Under the pieces are notes generated by a model, which ran no database searches, had not been told where the DNA came from, and was given only the letters and a program-made list of their open reading frames with translations. The position numbers and the translations under genes were made by a program. Below are positions 9,062-18,769 of a DNA stretch of 64,000 bases, one piece after another (position 1 is the first letter of the stretch; each line of letters opens with the position of its first letter). The stretch spans positions 1,065-65,064 of the forward strand of contig JAQWAS010000005.1 in the NCBI GenBank assembly GCA_028707495.1, given 5' to 3'. This stretch comes from Patescibacteria group bacterium (GTDB taxonomy: Bacteria; Patescibacteriota; Patescibacteriia; UBA2591; JAQWAS01).

Positions 9062-9130
9062 CTACGGGGTCGCACAACTGCCACTATCCGACATCCTCCG
9101 CTATCGCTACGGACGATCGGATCAGTGGCA
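9062..9130 (+). repeat. attC-like structured palindrome E (R'' gcacaac ... R' gttatta)
   Basis: 5' arm gcacaactgccactatccg vs 3' arm cggatcagtggcatacgttatta. Same bulged ggatCa feature as D. Last element before the strand switch. Confidence 0.45.
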
Positions 9131-9145
9131 TACGTTATTAAATTT

Positions 9146-10795
9146 TTATCTATCAATATAATTCTTAAAATCCGCACTATTTTTCCATTGCTGGTAGGAA
9201 AGACTTGGATGCACTGTTTTACCACCAAAACGCACAGCCTGTTCAATGGCTTTAATTGGATAACCACGATTCTGGTAGGCATCAGTTAACGTCTGAAAAT
9301 TAGCATTATTCAAATTCACGCTCCCAAATTTGCGTTGTAAAATATCTCTTAATTCAGCTTCTGATGAACGGTTCATCACAGTTTGATAATCTAAACTATG
9401 TTGCCAAGTTTGCCAGCTAATGGCTGGATGTACAGTCTTACCACCAAAACGCAGAGCTTTAACTATCGCTTCGATAGGATAACCACCATACATATAAGCA
9501 CGTAGCAAAACTTGATAATTATTGTCTGTTAAATTATATTCACCTATATTTTGATTTAATAAATATTCCAATTCATCTTTTTTATTATCAATCGTAGCCT
9601 GAGCGTAGGTTGGTTTAAAATAATTTTGCGCTTGAAGTTTGTCTGGACCTTTGGGACTATAGCCATATTTAATTTCATGACCGTCTGGATAGCCATCTCT
9701 ATCTGTATCTGCGTTGTTGGGATCGGTACCAATTTCAATTTCATAACTATCAATTAAACCATCGCCATCTGTATCAACTAATTGACTAGTTGGCTGAGCC
9801 GTGACTGGATTAACTGGTGTCGGCTTGGTGGTAAATGACATTTCGTCGGTAGTTAATTTACGACCGTATAAAGCATCATAAATGTTGATTTTATAATAAT
9901 ATTTAGTGTCCGGCTCTAAATCAATCAAAGTAATAGCATGTTCTAATTCTTGACTATCCTTGACCACATCCAAAGTCTGACCATTCTTACCCGGCTGTGT
10001 CCCATAAGAAATTTTACTTTTACTAATTAAATTGGTTCGCCAATCCAACGTGGCTTTAGTGTTAGTAATTTTAGTCCCATCGGGATCTAGGGGTGTTAAA
10101 TCTTTAATTTGTAAAATAGAATAGTCCACTGTACTAATTTGTGTTCGACAGCGTAAAACATGAAAACTTTTATTGCCCGCTTCATCAAGCGCTTCAATTT
10201 TAACTCGATAGGCCTGATTGCGTCCAAGTTTATAAATAAATAAAACGTGCTCTTGATGGTATTTATTATAACCAGTTTTTTTATAGTTGATTTCAGTCGC
10301 TAAACTATCAACATTATCAATGCCATAATAAATTGTAGCTTTGGTTGGTTCATTGGTTTTCCAATATAAAGCGATGGCATCGTTGGTTGTTTGTAAAACT
10401 TCGGCTTTTTCAATTTTAGGATCAATCGTGTCAATCATATCTTTAGTTGAAAAAGCTTGAATAAAAGATTCGGTTTGTTCTTGCAAACGATTGAAAGCTA
10501 AAATTTTAAAATAATAAGTCTGATTTTTTTCTAAACCAGTCATCACTGATTCGTGTCGTATTTCATACAAACTATAGCCAACCCATTTATCTAAGTGCTC
10601 ACGATTTAAACCATAATAAACAATCCCACGCGTCGGATTGCTTAAAGTTGACCACTTGATTCTAGCCGTGCCGTCTTTTAAATCATAAATTTCAATCTGG
10701 CTAATATCAACCTCTTGCGCTTGAACAATTCTGAGTGGCGCAATTAAACTTAAAACTATAATTAAAATTAAACTTATTTTGAATCTATTTCGCAT
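9146..10795 (-). CDS. Secreted repeat protein (FN3-like modules, TSP3/Ca-binding D-x-D-x-DG repeats, duplicated C-terminal ~50-aa domain)
   Basis: Signal peptide. DTDGDGLIDSYEIEIGTDPNNADTDRDGYPDGHE. Tandem C-terminal repeats ...GYPIEAIVKALRFGGKTVHP... / ...GYPIKAIEQAVRFGGKTVHP... Confidence 0.5.
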   Translation of the reverse strand: MRNRFKISLILIIVLSLIAPLRIVQAQEVDISQIEIYDLKDGTARIKWSTLSNPTRGIVYYGLNREHLDKWVGYSLYEIRHESVMTGLEKNQTYYFKILAFNRLQEQTESFIQAFSTKDMIDTIDPKIEKAEVLQTTNDAIALYWKTNEPTKATIYYGIDNVDSLATEINYKKTGYNKYHQEHVLFIYKLGRNQAYRVKIEALDEAGNKSFHVLRCRTQISTVDYSILQIKDLTPLDPDGTKITNTKATLDWRTNLISKSKISYGTQPGKNGQTLDVVKDSQELEHAITLIDLEPDTKYYYKINIYDALYGRKLTTDEMSFTTKPTPVNPVTAQPTSQLVDTDGDGLIDSYEIEIGTDPNNADTDRDGYPDGHEIKYGYSPKGPDKLQAQNYFKPTYAQATIDNKKDELEYLLNQNIGEYNLTDNNYQVLLRAYMYGGYPIEAIVKALRFGGKTVHPAISWQTWQHSLDYQTVMNRSSEAELRDILQRKFGSVNLNNANFQTLTDAYQNRGYPIKAIEQAVRFGGKTVHPSLSYQQWKNSADFKNYIDR

Positions 10796-10849
10796 ATATT
10801 TAATTAATTTTAGACTACTTATATCTTAGCATAAATTTAATTTCTTGTC

Positions 10850-10882
10850 AAGAAAAATAAATAACCGCCGAGACGGTTATTA
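10850..10882 (-). terminator. Intrinsic terminator downstream of Clp ATPase gene
   Basis: Hairpin aataaccg-ccgaga-cggttatt followed on the minus strand by a U-tract. Confidence 0.5.
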
Positions 10883-10903
10883 ATTTTAAGGTTTTATTTA
10901 CTT

Positions 10904-13663
10904 TTAAATCTCTTGTGCTTTTTCGACCCGAATTTTACCTCCGGGTTCTAAAATAGCTAAATCGCGCCGTTGTAATTTTCCCTCTAAAATATATTTAGCT
11001 AAATTATTTTGAACTTTTTCTTGAATAACTCGACGAAGTGGGCGAGCGCCGAATTTTGGATCAAAACCTTCTCGAGCCAATTCTTCTAAAGTTGCTTGTG
11101 TAATTTTTAAATTAATGCCTTTTTCGGCTAATTGTTTTTCAACGCCTTTTAACATTAATTTGGCGATTTGCTGAATTTCTTCCTGTTTTAAAGTTCGAAA
11201 AAGAATAATATCGTCAAAACGATTTAAAAATTCTGGACGGAAAGATGATCTTAATTCTTCAGCAATTAGCTTTTCTTTAACTTGATTTAAATCGATATTT
11301 TGTTTAACAGCATCTTGAATATAAAAAGCACCAGCATTGGAAGTGGCAATTAAAATAACATTGGTAAAATCAATTGTCTGACCGGTAGTGTCAGTCAAAC
11401 GCCCGTCTTCCATAACTTGTAAAAATAAATTTAAAATGTCTGGATGAGCCTTTTCAATTTCATCTAACAAAAGCAAAGAAAAAGGATTATTTTTGATGGC
11501 TTCGGTTAAAACCCCACCCTGACCTGAGGCCGGCGCACCTATCATGCGTTTAACTGAATCTTTTTCTTGATATTCTGACATATCCAAGCGCACCATGTTT
11601 TTTTCTGAGTTAAAATAAATTTCAGCTACAATTTTAGCTAATTCAGTTTTACCAACACCAGTTGGACCCAAGAAGAGGAGATTGGCGACCGTTCTTTTTT
11701 GATCTCGCAACTCTGCCCTCGCCCGACGCAAAGCATTGGCAACTGCTTCGACCGCTTGAGTTTGGTTGATTAAACGTTGATGAATCTGTTTTTCTAAATT
11801 TAATAATTTTTGCGTTTCCTGTTGACTAATATCAGTTAAAGGAATCTTAGTTTTTTGCGAAACTAGTTGCGCAATATCTTCACCAGTCACCAAAGCTTTT
11901 TTGCCTTTAATATTTCTAACATACAAAGCGGCTTCTTCTAAAAGTAAAACTCCCTTTTCTGGCAAAAAGCGGTCATGAATATACCGACTCGATAAAGCTA
12001 CGGCTTGATCAATAGCATCATAAGAAAAGAAAACATTATAACGTGCTTCCAAGAAGCTAGCTTCGGCTTCTAAAATTTGGATAGCCTTATCACCCTGCGG
12101 TTCGTCAATAGAAATTTTTTCTAACACATTTGCTAAGGCCTTATTTTCCATATAGCGTTGAAAATTAACTGGATCGGTATCAGCAATTAAAATAAATTTT
12201 TTCTGAGCTAATTCTTCGGCTAGCATTTCTGAAATATCTAATTCGCCGCTAGTACTACTCACGCCAATCGCATTATGAATATCACTAATAAAAACAACAA
12301 TATTGCCAGCGCGTTCAATCTCATAAATTATCCGTCGCAAACGTTCTTCGACTGCGCCGACACCAGCGCCACCCGAAATTAAAGCTGATAAACTTAGACT
12401 TACTAATCTTTTATCTTGTAAAATTGGAGGCACATCTTCAGTCACCATTAAGCGCGCGATGCCTTCAATAATGGTTGTTTTGCCCGTACCCGGATTACCA
12501 ACCAAAACCACGCTGTCACCGCCACTTTGAATGGCTTGAAAAATTCTATTTAATTCATCGTTTCTCCCAACACAATATCCCAACAAATCTGCTCGTGCTA
12601 AAGCAGTTAAATCCTGACTAAACTGGTCTAAGTAAGGCGTGATAACTGCCGTCATAGCCTTATTCATGCCCTTTTTGGATTTTAATTTTTTGCGAGCCTG
12701 AAAACGTTGGCTTCGATTTTTTAAATTATTTTTAACTTCTATCCAAACACCAACATTTTTAATTTTGTGTTTATCAACCTCTAGATCGGTTAAAATTTCA
12801 TGAGCCAAACTTGGCACATCTAAAAGACCAATCATTAAATCAATTAATTCAATTTGTGGAGCTCGTCTTTCAGCTGCTAAAAAATAACTTTTTAATAACG
12901 CCACTTTTAAATTTAAATGCATTGATAATGGCTCTTTATCGCGTTCGCTTAAACGACCCAAATTATAAACTACCTGATCTTTAACTTTTTTAGGATTAAT
13001 GCCGAGATGAGTAAAAATGCTTTGAATGTCGTCAAAAGTTAATAAGCTCGCCAATAAATGTAAAGGCAAAATCTGTTGATGATCTAATTTAAAAGCCATG
13101 TCTCGAGCTTTTAAAACTGCTTTAAAAGCTGTAATTGACAAAGAGTCTGAAATTTCAATTTGATTTTTTTCATCGATTTTTAAATAATCCTCCCAAATGG
13201 GCAGAGTAGCGGTTTCTTTAAAATCTATTTTTTTAACTTTATTTTTTAAAATTAATTCTTGTCTGTGTTGGCGATGATAAAAAAAATATAAACACACTAA
13301 AAAAGCTAGCCAAACCGCTACAGGTAAATTATTGTTTAATTCTGTTTGCGTTTGTTGTTGAAAAAATTCTTGACCAGTCATAGCCATATCTGTCTGGCCC
13401 AATAATCTTAAAATTAAAATCAACCCACCCCAAGCGACTATTAAAATTAAAATAATTTTAACGAGATTTTTTAAAATATTTAAAAATTTATCTACAAAAA
13501 TTTGATCACCGGAAATCTTGCGTTGCCAATAAAAAAGGTATGGTGCAATTAAAACATGAACTCCCTTGCCTTGACAAAAGGGACAAGTACCACCTTTAAC
13601 TTTACCACTGCCCTGACACTGTGGACAAAAAATAAATCTATTTTCTGGTACAGCTAAACTCAT
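10904..13663 (-). CDS. Clp/Hsp100-family two-AAA-domain ATPase with N-terminal zinc ribbon + transmembrane segment
   Basis: N-terminal CPQCQGSGKVKGGTCPFCQGKG followed by hydrophobic helices. Clp_N-like repeats. D1 Walker A VLVGNPGTGKTT but Walker B FISDIH (DE replaced by SD). D2 Walker A LLFLGPTGVGKTE, Walker B LLLLDEIEKAHP. Sensor/ClpB_D2-small at C-terminus. Confidence 0.75.
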   Translation of the reverse strand: MSLAVPENRFIFCPQCQGSGKVKGGTCPFCQGKGVHVLIAPYLFYWQRKISGDQIFVDKFLNILKNLVKIILILIVAWGGLILILRLLGQTDMAMTGQEFFQQQTQTELNNNLPVAVWLAFLVCLYFFYHRQHRQELILKNKVKKIDFKETATLPIWEDYLKIDEKNQIEISDSLSITAFKAVLKARDMAFKLDHQQILPLHLLASLLTFDDIQSIFTHLGINPKKVKDQVVYNLGRLSERDKEPLSMHLNLKVALLKSYFLAAERRAPQIELIDLMIGLLDVPSLAHEILTDLEVDKHKIKNVGVWIEVKNNLKNRSQRFQARKKLKSKKGMNKAMTAVITPYLDQFSQDLTALARADLLGYCVGRNDELNRIFQAIQSGGDSVVLVGNPGTGKTTIIEGIARLMVTEDVPPILQDKRLVSLSLSALISGGAGVGAVEERLRRIIYEIERAGNIVVFISDIHNAIGVSSTSGELDISEMLAEELAQKKFILIADTDPVNFQRYMENKALANVLEKISIDEPQGDKAIQILEAEASFLEARYNVFFSYDAIDQAVALSSRYIHDRFLPEKGVLLLEEAALYVRNIKGKKALVTGEDIAQLVSQKTKIPLTDISQQETQKLLNLEKQIHQRLINQTQAVEAVANALRRARAELRDQKRTVANLLFLGPTGVGKTELAKIVAEIYFNSEKNMVRLDMSEYQEKDSVKRMIGAPASGQGGVLTEAIKNNPFSLLLLDEIEKAHPDILNLFLQVMEDGRLTDTTGQTIDFTNVILIATSNAGAFYIQDAVKQNIDLNQVKEKLIAEELRSSFRPEFLNRFDDIILFRTLKQEEIQQIAKLMLKGVEKQLAEKGINLKITQATLEELAREGFDPKFGARPLRRVIQEKVQNNLAKYILEGKLQRRDLAILEPGGKIRVEKAQEI

Positions 13664-13664
13664 A

Positions 13665-14018
13665 TTAATAAATTATTTTATAAATAATTAAGATCGGCAA
13701 ACCTAACCATACTCCTAATAAAGCTATGATTAAGCCAACCCACAATAAAAAAATCAGCAAAAAAATTGCTAATTTAATTAATCTCACAAAAAAACTAATT
13801 AAGCGACCACTTTTAGAATAATCGCCATACATGGGTTTAAATAAATATCTAAATTGAATTGTAATACCGAGACCTCTTTGGCCTAAAATAATTTGTTGAC
13901 AAACCCAATGCCACATTTTTTTTAAACCACCACTATACCACCAAATTGGAAAATAAATAAAATCTAAAATAATCTCTCCTACCCCTTTTAAAATTTGAGT
14001 AAAAAAATTGTCTGACAT
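13665..14018 (-). CDS. Small membrane protein (translationally coupled to Clp ATPase gene)
   Basis: 117 aa hydrophobic. Stop/start overlap taatATG with the downstream clp gene. Confidence 0.4.
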   Translation of the reverse strand: MSDNFFTQILKGVGEIILDFIYFPIWWYSGGLKKMWHWVCQQIILGQRGLGITIQFRYLFKPMYGDYSKSGRLISFFVRLIKLAIFLLIFLLWVGLIIALLGVWLGLPILIIYKIIY

Positions 14019-14027
14019 ATTAATAAA

Positions 14028-14312
14028 TTAAGCTTCAATGGCTGGAATAGCCACCTCTGACTTAAGTGTTTCACCTAATTTAAGAGTGCTATCTTCGACT
14101 ATAACTTTGTCTTTAGAAATTGAAACTATCTGCGAAGCATGAATTAATAAATATTTTTCTGCTCGCAAAATTTTATCTAATAATTTTTGGTCACCGACAT
14201 ACAGCTGTTCAATTTTTCCACTTAAAATATCTATTTCTAAATCTAAAACATGACCTAAAAATTGATCGCTTTGTGTAAAAACTGGCAGATTAATTATGCG
14301 TGTTGCCTTCAT
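14028..14312 (-). CDS. PRC-barrel-like small protein (YlmC/YmxH-like)
   Basis: 94 aa. Motif pattern INLPVFTQSDQFLGHVLDLEID...GKI resembles PRC-barrel proteins. Confidence 0.35.
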   Translation of the reverse strand: MKATRIINLPVFTQSDQFLGHVLDLEIDILSGKIEQLYVGDQKLLDKILRAEKYLLIHASQIVSISKDKVIVEDSTLKLGETLKSEVAIPAIEA

Positions 14313-15057
14313 CTTTTATTATAACTGATTTTTCTTTTTTATTAAAAGAATAATACTGTTGAGCCACCATTAATAAAGTACTCAACATCCAATATAAAGT
14401 TAAACCACCGGGCAAGCTTAAACCAATAATCACCGTAACGGCCGGCATCATATATTGCATTTGTTTATTCATAATAGCGGCCACGTTTTCATCTTTAGCT
14501 CCGGTTTTATCTGCTATTCCGACTGGCGGTTGCTGGGTAGATAACATTTTAGTTTGCCAAAATTGAGCCAAACCGGCGACTACCGCAAACAACCAAATGG
14601 GATTGGCTAAATTTAAAAATTCTAAACCAAACATTCTGGTTTCAATCGTGCCTGGATTTTGCACAAAAGGATAGAGCAGTGAAAAATCCGCCGAATTTAA
14701 ACCCGCCCGAAAAACCTGATACACCGCAATTAAAAAAGGTAATTGTAATAACAATGGCAAACAACCCGACATGGGACTGACCTTTTCCTGTTTATATAGT
14801 TCCATCGTCTTGCGTGCCAATTCTTCTTTTTTATCTTTATATTTTTTTTGCAATTCCTGAATCTTGGGTTGTAACTCTTTCATCGCCTTTTGAGCTTTGA
14901 TTGATTTTAAAGACAGGGGATAAAGAATCAATTTAATGACAATAGTTAATAATATAATCGCCACACCAATATCATGACCTGGCACAATATTATAAAAAAA
15001 GATTAATAAATTGTAGATCGGTTGGTATAAAACTGTGTTAAAAATTTGTCCTAGCAT
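14290..15057 (-). CDS. yidC: Membrane protein insertase YidC (short form)
   Basis: Conserved YidC/Oxa1 core: LLIFFYNIV...AIILLTIVIKLILYPLSLKS...MKELQPKIQELQKKYKDKKEELARKTMELYKQEKVSPMSGCLP. Confidence 0.85.
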   Translation of the reverse strand: MLGQIFNTVLYQPIYNLLIFFYNIVPGHDIGVAIILLTIVIKLILYPLSLKSIKAQKAMKELQPKIQELQKKYKDKKEELARKTMELYKQEKVSPMSGCLPLLLQLPFLIAVYQVFRAGLNSADFSLLYPFVQNPGTIETRMFGLEFLNLANPIWLFAVVAGLAQFWQTKMLSTQQPPVGIADKTGAKDENVAAIMNKQMQYMMPAVTVIIGLSLPGGLTLYWMLSTLLMVAQQYYSFNKKEKSVIIKDEGNTHN

Positions 15058-15123
15058 AATTTGTTTTTATTTAATAATTTTTTAATTTTAATCAATTATA
15101 AATCGTAAATTTTAAGTTATAAT

Positions 15124-15381
15124 TTATTTAAGCGGATCATAACCACCCTTAGAAAAAGGATTACAACGCAACAAACGCCAACTAGCTTTTAACCAACCCT
15201 TCAAAAACCCATATTTATCAATAGCTTGATAGGCATATTCTGAACAAGTTGGTTTAAATTTACAACGACCCAGGGGATGCAAAGGTGAGAACCAACCATG
15301 ATCTGGTGAAAAGGTTTGCTGATAAATACGAATTAATTGCAAGCTTACAATTTTAGGAAGATGTCGAACCACTTCATACAT
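15124..15381 (-). CDS. yidD: Membrane protein insertion efficiency factor YidD
   Basis: RCNPFSKGGYDPL C-terminal motif. 85 aa. Confidence 0.8.
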   Translation of the reverse strand: MYEVVRHLPKIVSLQLIRIYQQTFSPDHGWFSPLHPLGRCKFKPTCSEYAYQAIDKYGFLKGWLKASWRLLRCNPFSKGGYDPLK

Positions 15382-15719
15382 TATATTAATTTTAACTTTT
15401 TTAATAAATCTATTAAAGTTTGGTCTAGCTCTTGATAGGTTAATTTTAAGATGCCGGGTCGAGTATTAATAATAATATCATAACCAGGTTTAATTTTATC
15501 TAAATTCAATCTAATAATTTCGCGCAACTGGCGCTTAACCTTATTACGTTGGACTGCTTTTTTAGAAATCTTTAAAGACACAATGAAAGCAAATCTTGAA
15601 TTTTCTAAATCGTTAGCTAAAAATTTAATACCTAAAAATTGGTCAAGTCTTCCCTTGCCCTTTTGCCAAATGTTTTCAAAATCCTTGCGCTTGGTTAAAC
15701 GAAAAGGCTTGGCCAACAT
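15381..15719 (-). CDS. rnpA: RNase P protein component
   Basis: Basic 112-aa protein with KRLTKRKDF...AVQRNKVKRQLREI motif. Canonical position between rpmH and yidD. Confidence 0.8.
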   Translation of the reverse strand: MLAKPFRLTKRKDFENIWQKGKGRLDQFLGIKFLANDLENSRFAFIVSLKISKKAVQRNKVKRQLREIIRLNLDKIKPGYDIIINTRPGILKLTYQELDQTLIDLLKKLKLI

Positions 15720-15726
15720 AATTAAT

Positions 15727-15879
15727 TTATTTTTTTTCGTCTGAAACGGTTAATTTTTTTCTACCTTTAGCTCGTCTTCTTTTTAAAATGTCTTTACCTT
15801 CTTTAGTTGAATTGCGTTGCATGAAGCCATGTTTTTTGGCTCGTTTTCTTTTTTTAGGTTGATAAGTTTGTTTTGGCAT
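15727..15879 (-). CDS. rpmH: 50S ribosomal protein L34
   Basis: Not in the ORF track (<60 aa). The reverse strand translates to [50 protein letters not shown]. Coordinates derived by hand. Confidence 0.8.
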   Translation of the reverse strand: MPKQTYQPKKRKRAKKHGFMQRNSTKEGKDILKRRRAKGRKKLTVSDEKK

Positions 15880-15908
15880 ATCTTTATATAAATTATAAGT
15901 TAAATTAA

Positions 15909-18437
15909 TTAAACTAAGGTTACTGAAGCCACACGATCGCCTTTCTCTTTAAAGCGCATCAAACACACACCTTGAGTAGCTCGACCCAACGTGCTTACGG
16001 ATTTTAAAGGTAAGCGGATAACTTGACCCTTTTCTGAAACTAAAATTAAATCACCCTTCGCGCCTTCAGGCAAATTACGTTCATCTGTTAAACTTGCTGA
16101 AACTAACGGTCCAATTTTATCAGTAACTTGAACGGTTTTAATACCTACGCCACCACGACCCTGAATCTTGTATTGATTTAAATCTGTTTTTTTACCATAA
16201 CCATGTTGGCTCACAACTAAAACTTGGCAAGTTTTACTTTTAGTCTCGGCATCAATAACATCCATGCTAATGACTTGATCGCCTTTTCTTAATTTAATTC
16301 CTCTAACACCTGCTGCTGTTCTACCCATCGATCTTACATCTTTTTCTTTAAAGCGAATCGCCTGACCTAAACGGCTGACTAACATAATTTCGTCTTGACC
16401 ATCTGAAGTTTTAACCCATTCCAAAATGTCATCGGGTTTTAATTTCAAAGCAATCAAACCTGAGCGACGTAAATTTTTAAAAGCTTCAATCTCAACTTTT
16501 TTAATTAAACCTTGTTGCGTCGCCATGACTAAGTATTTTTTCTCTTTTTTCTCTTCACTAATTGGCATAATAGCTGAAACTTTTTCCTCAGAAGAAGTCT
16601 GTAAAAAATTTACCAAAGCTTGACCACGAGCCGTGCGTGAAGCCACTGGAACGTTATAAGCTTTAAGTTGAAAAACCTTACCAGAGGTGGTGAAAAATAA
16701 TAGATCTGAATGAGTATTGGTTGTAAACATCAAATCCACAGCATCTTCTTCTTTGGGTGTCAGACCAATGACGCCTTTACCACCGCGAATTTGTTTTTTG
16801 AATGTCTGTGGTGGCAAACGTTTAATATAACCATCTTTGGTAGTTAAAATTACACATAACTCTTTAGGCACCACATCTTCTTGTTTAAATTCACCTATTT
16901 TATAAGGTGCCACAAATGTTCGCCGCTCATCGCCATATTTTTGAATTAACTCTTCTAATTCGGTTTTAATGACTGCTAAAATCTTTTTCTGGCTCTTTAA
17001 AATCTCTTCTAATTTTTTAATTAATTCTTTCTTTTCTTTAAGCTCATTTAAAATAGCTATGCGTTCCAAATTAACTAACTGATGTAAACGCATTTCTAAA
17101 ATTGCATCAACCTGTTTAATGCTAAATTTAAATTGATGACGTAAATTCTTTTTGGCTTCGTCTTTATTTTTAGACTTCTTAATAATTTTAACTATAGCAT
17201 CAATATTATCTAAGGCAATTTTTAAACCTTCTAAAAGATGAGCCCGATCTTTAGCTTGTTTTAAATCAAATTTAATCCGACGTTCAACCATCAACACGCG
17301 ATGTTTAATGTATTCTTCTAGAATGCCTTTTAAATTTAAAAGTTTAGGCTGAATACCGTCAATTAAGGCAATCATATTGACATAAAAAGTATCCTGTAGC
17401 TGGGTCATTCTAAAAAGTTGGTTAAGAATTTTTTGCGGAAAAGAATTGCGTTTTAATTTAACAACAATTCTTAAACCTTGGCGATCTGATTCGTCTCGTA
17501 AATCCTGAATACCTTCAATTTTTTTATCTTTAACTAGTTCGGCAATTTTTTCTAACAAACTAGATTTGTTAACTTGATAAGGAATTTCCGAAACGATAAT
17601 TGAAAAATCTTTACCATCTTCAATAATCTCTGTTTTGGCCCGTGTTATAATGCCACCCTTGCCAGTCGCATAAACATGTTTAATTTGCTCTGGATCAAAA
17701 ATAATACCACCAGTTGGAAAATCTGGCCCTTTAACGTATTGCATTAAATCGTTTAATTCTGCCTGTGGTTGATCAATTAAATAAATTAAAGCCTGACAAA
17801 TTTCAGTTAAATTGTGTGGCGGAATATTAGTCGCCATACCTACGGCAATCCCCATACTCCCGTTTAAAAGTAAATTCGGTAATTCACCCGGCAAAACCTG
17901 TGGTTCTTCTTGTGAACCATCATAATTAGGAATAAAATTAATCGTTTCTTTATTTAAATCTAATAATAATTCTTCACTAATCGCATTTAATTTCGCTTCA
18001 GTATAACGCATCGCGGCCGCAGAGTCACCATCAATCGAACCGAAGTTACCCTGACCATTAATTAAAGGATAGCGCATCGAAAATTCTTGTGCCATACGCA
18101 CCATAGAATCATAAACTGCCATATCGCCATGAGGATGATATTTACCTAAAACTTCACCAACAACTGTAGCTGATTTTCTAAATTTAGCTTGAGCTTTTAA
18201 TCCTAATTTCCACATAGCATATAAAATTCTTCGATGAACTGGTTTTAATCCATCTCTAACGTCCGGTAAAGCTCGAGCCACAATAACCGACATAGCATAA
18301 TCAATATAAGAAGAGGCCATCTCATCTTTAATTGAAGCGGATATAATTTGGTTGGTTGGTTTATCTGAATTATTTAAATTATCTTTTGGGGGTTTAGCTT
18401 CCTTTTTTTGAATTATTTTTTTATTTTTAACTGCCAT
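15909..18437 (-). CDS. gyrA: DNA gyrase subunit A
   Basis: [29 protein letters not shown] (active-site Tyr region), GyrA-box-bearing C-terminal beta-pinwheel repeats. 842 aa. Confidence 0.85.
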   Translation of the reverse strand: MAVKNKKIIQKKEAKPPKDNLNNSDKPTNQIISASIKDEMASSYIDYAMSVIVARALPDVRDGLKPVHRRILYAMWKLGLKAQAKFRKSATVVGEVLGKYHPHGDMAVYDSMVRMAQEFSMRYPLINGQGNFGSIDGDSAAAMRYTEAKLNAISEELLLDLNKETINFIPNYDGSQEEPQVLPGELPNLLLNGSMGIAVGMATNIPPHNLTEICQALIYLIDQPQAELNDLMQYVKGPDFPTGGIIFDPEQIKHVYATGKGGIITRAKTEIIEDGKDFSIIVSEIPYQVNKSSLLEKIAELVKDKKIEGIQDLRDESDRQGLRIVVKLKRNSFPQKILNQLFRMTQLQDTFYVNMIALIDGIQPKLLNLKGILEEYIKHRVLMVERRIKFDLKQAKDRAHLLEGLKIALDNIDAIVKIIKKSKNKDEAKKNLRHQFKFSIKQVDAILEMRLHQLVNLERIAILNELKEKKELIKKLEEILKSQKKILAVIKTELEELIQKYGDERRTFVAPYKIGEFKQEDVVPKELCVILTTKDGYIKRLPPQTFKKQIRGGKGVIGLTPKEEDAVDLMFTTNTHSDLLFFTTSGKVFQLKAYNVPVASRTARGQALVNFLQTSSEEKVSAIMPISEEKKEKKYLVMATQQGLIKKVEIEAFKNLRRSGLIALKLKPDDILEWVKTSDGQDEIMLVSRLGQAIRFKEKDVRSMGRTAAGVRGIKLRKGDQVISMDVIDAETKSKTCQVLVVSQHGYGKKTDLNQYKIQGRGGVGIKTVQVTDKIGPLVSASLTDERNLPEGAKGDLILVSEKGQVIRLPLKSVSTLGRATQGVCLMRFKEKGDRVASVTLV

Positions 18438-18471
18438 ATTTTTAAAATATTTTATTTTTAATTTTAATAAT

Positions 18472-18762
18472 TTAATTTATTGCATCAATTTGAATCTCGG
18501 TTGCTTCGGTTTTAGGTTCAGCCTGAATTGCTTCATCTGCCTCGTCTAAAGTTTCGTCTCCTATTTCTTCAAGGGTTTTAAAAAAAACTTCAAATTCAGC
18601 ATCTAATTTGCTTTTACTTTCCTCATAAATCGCCTTCTCCTCGTCTGATAATAAACCAGAAGCGCTATGTTTAAAGGAAAAAATCCAAATAAAAATTATT
18701 AACAGCATCACCAAGCCAACACCTACCCACATTAAAACTTTTTTATCTTCTTGGCTCTGCAT
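18472..18762 (-). CDS. Small acidic single-TM protein
   Basis: 96 aa, N-terminal hydrophobic helix, acidic C-terminus. Confidence 0.3.
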   Translation of the reverse strand: MQSQEDKKVLMWVGVGLVMLLIIFIWIFSFKHSASGLLSDEEKAIYEESKSKLDAEFEVFFKTLEEIGDETLDEADEAIQAEPKTEATEIQIDAIN

Positions 18763-18769
18763 ATTTAAA

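Noticed and set aside
4893-9130. REP/REPIN or MITE interpretation of the intergenic palindromes
   Set aside because: Copies differ completely in their inner stems and central regions while keeping only the 7-bp outer cores and the overall architecture. REPIN/MITE families are near-identical between copies. The interpretation is kept as an alternative until a genome-wide copy census is done.
4893-9130. Palindromes as simple rho-independent terminators
   Set aside because: The stems are 20+ bp split by internal loops, with 30-100-nt centres and no U-tract immediately 3'. Genuine terminators elsewhere in the window are compact GC hairpins + T-tract.
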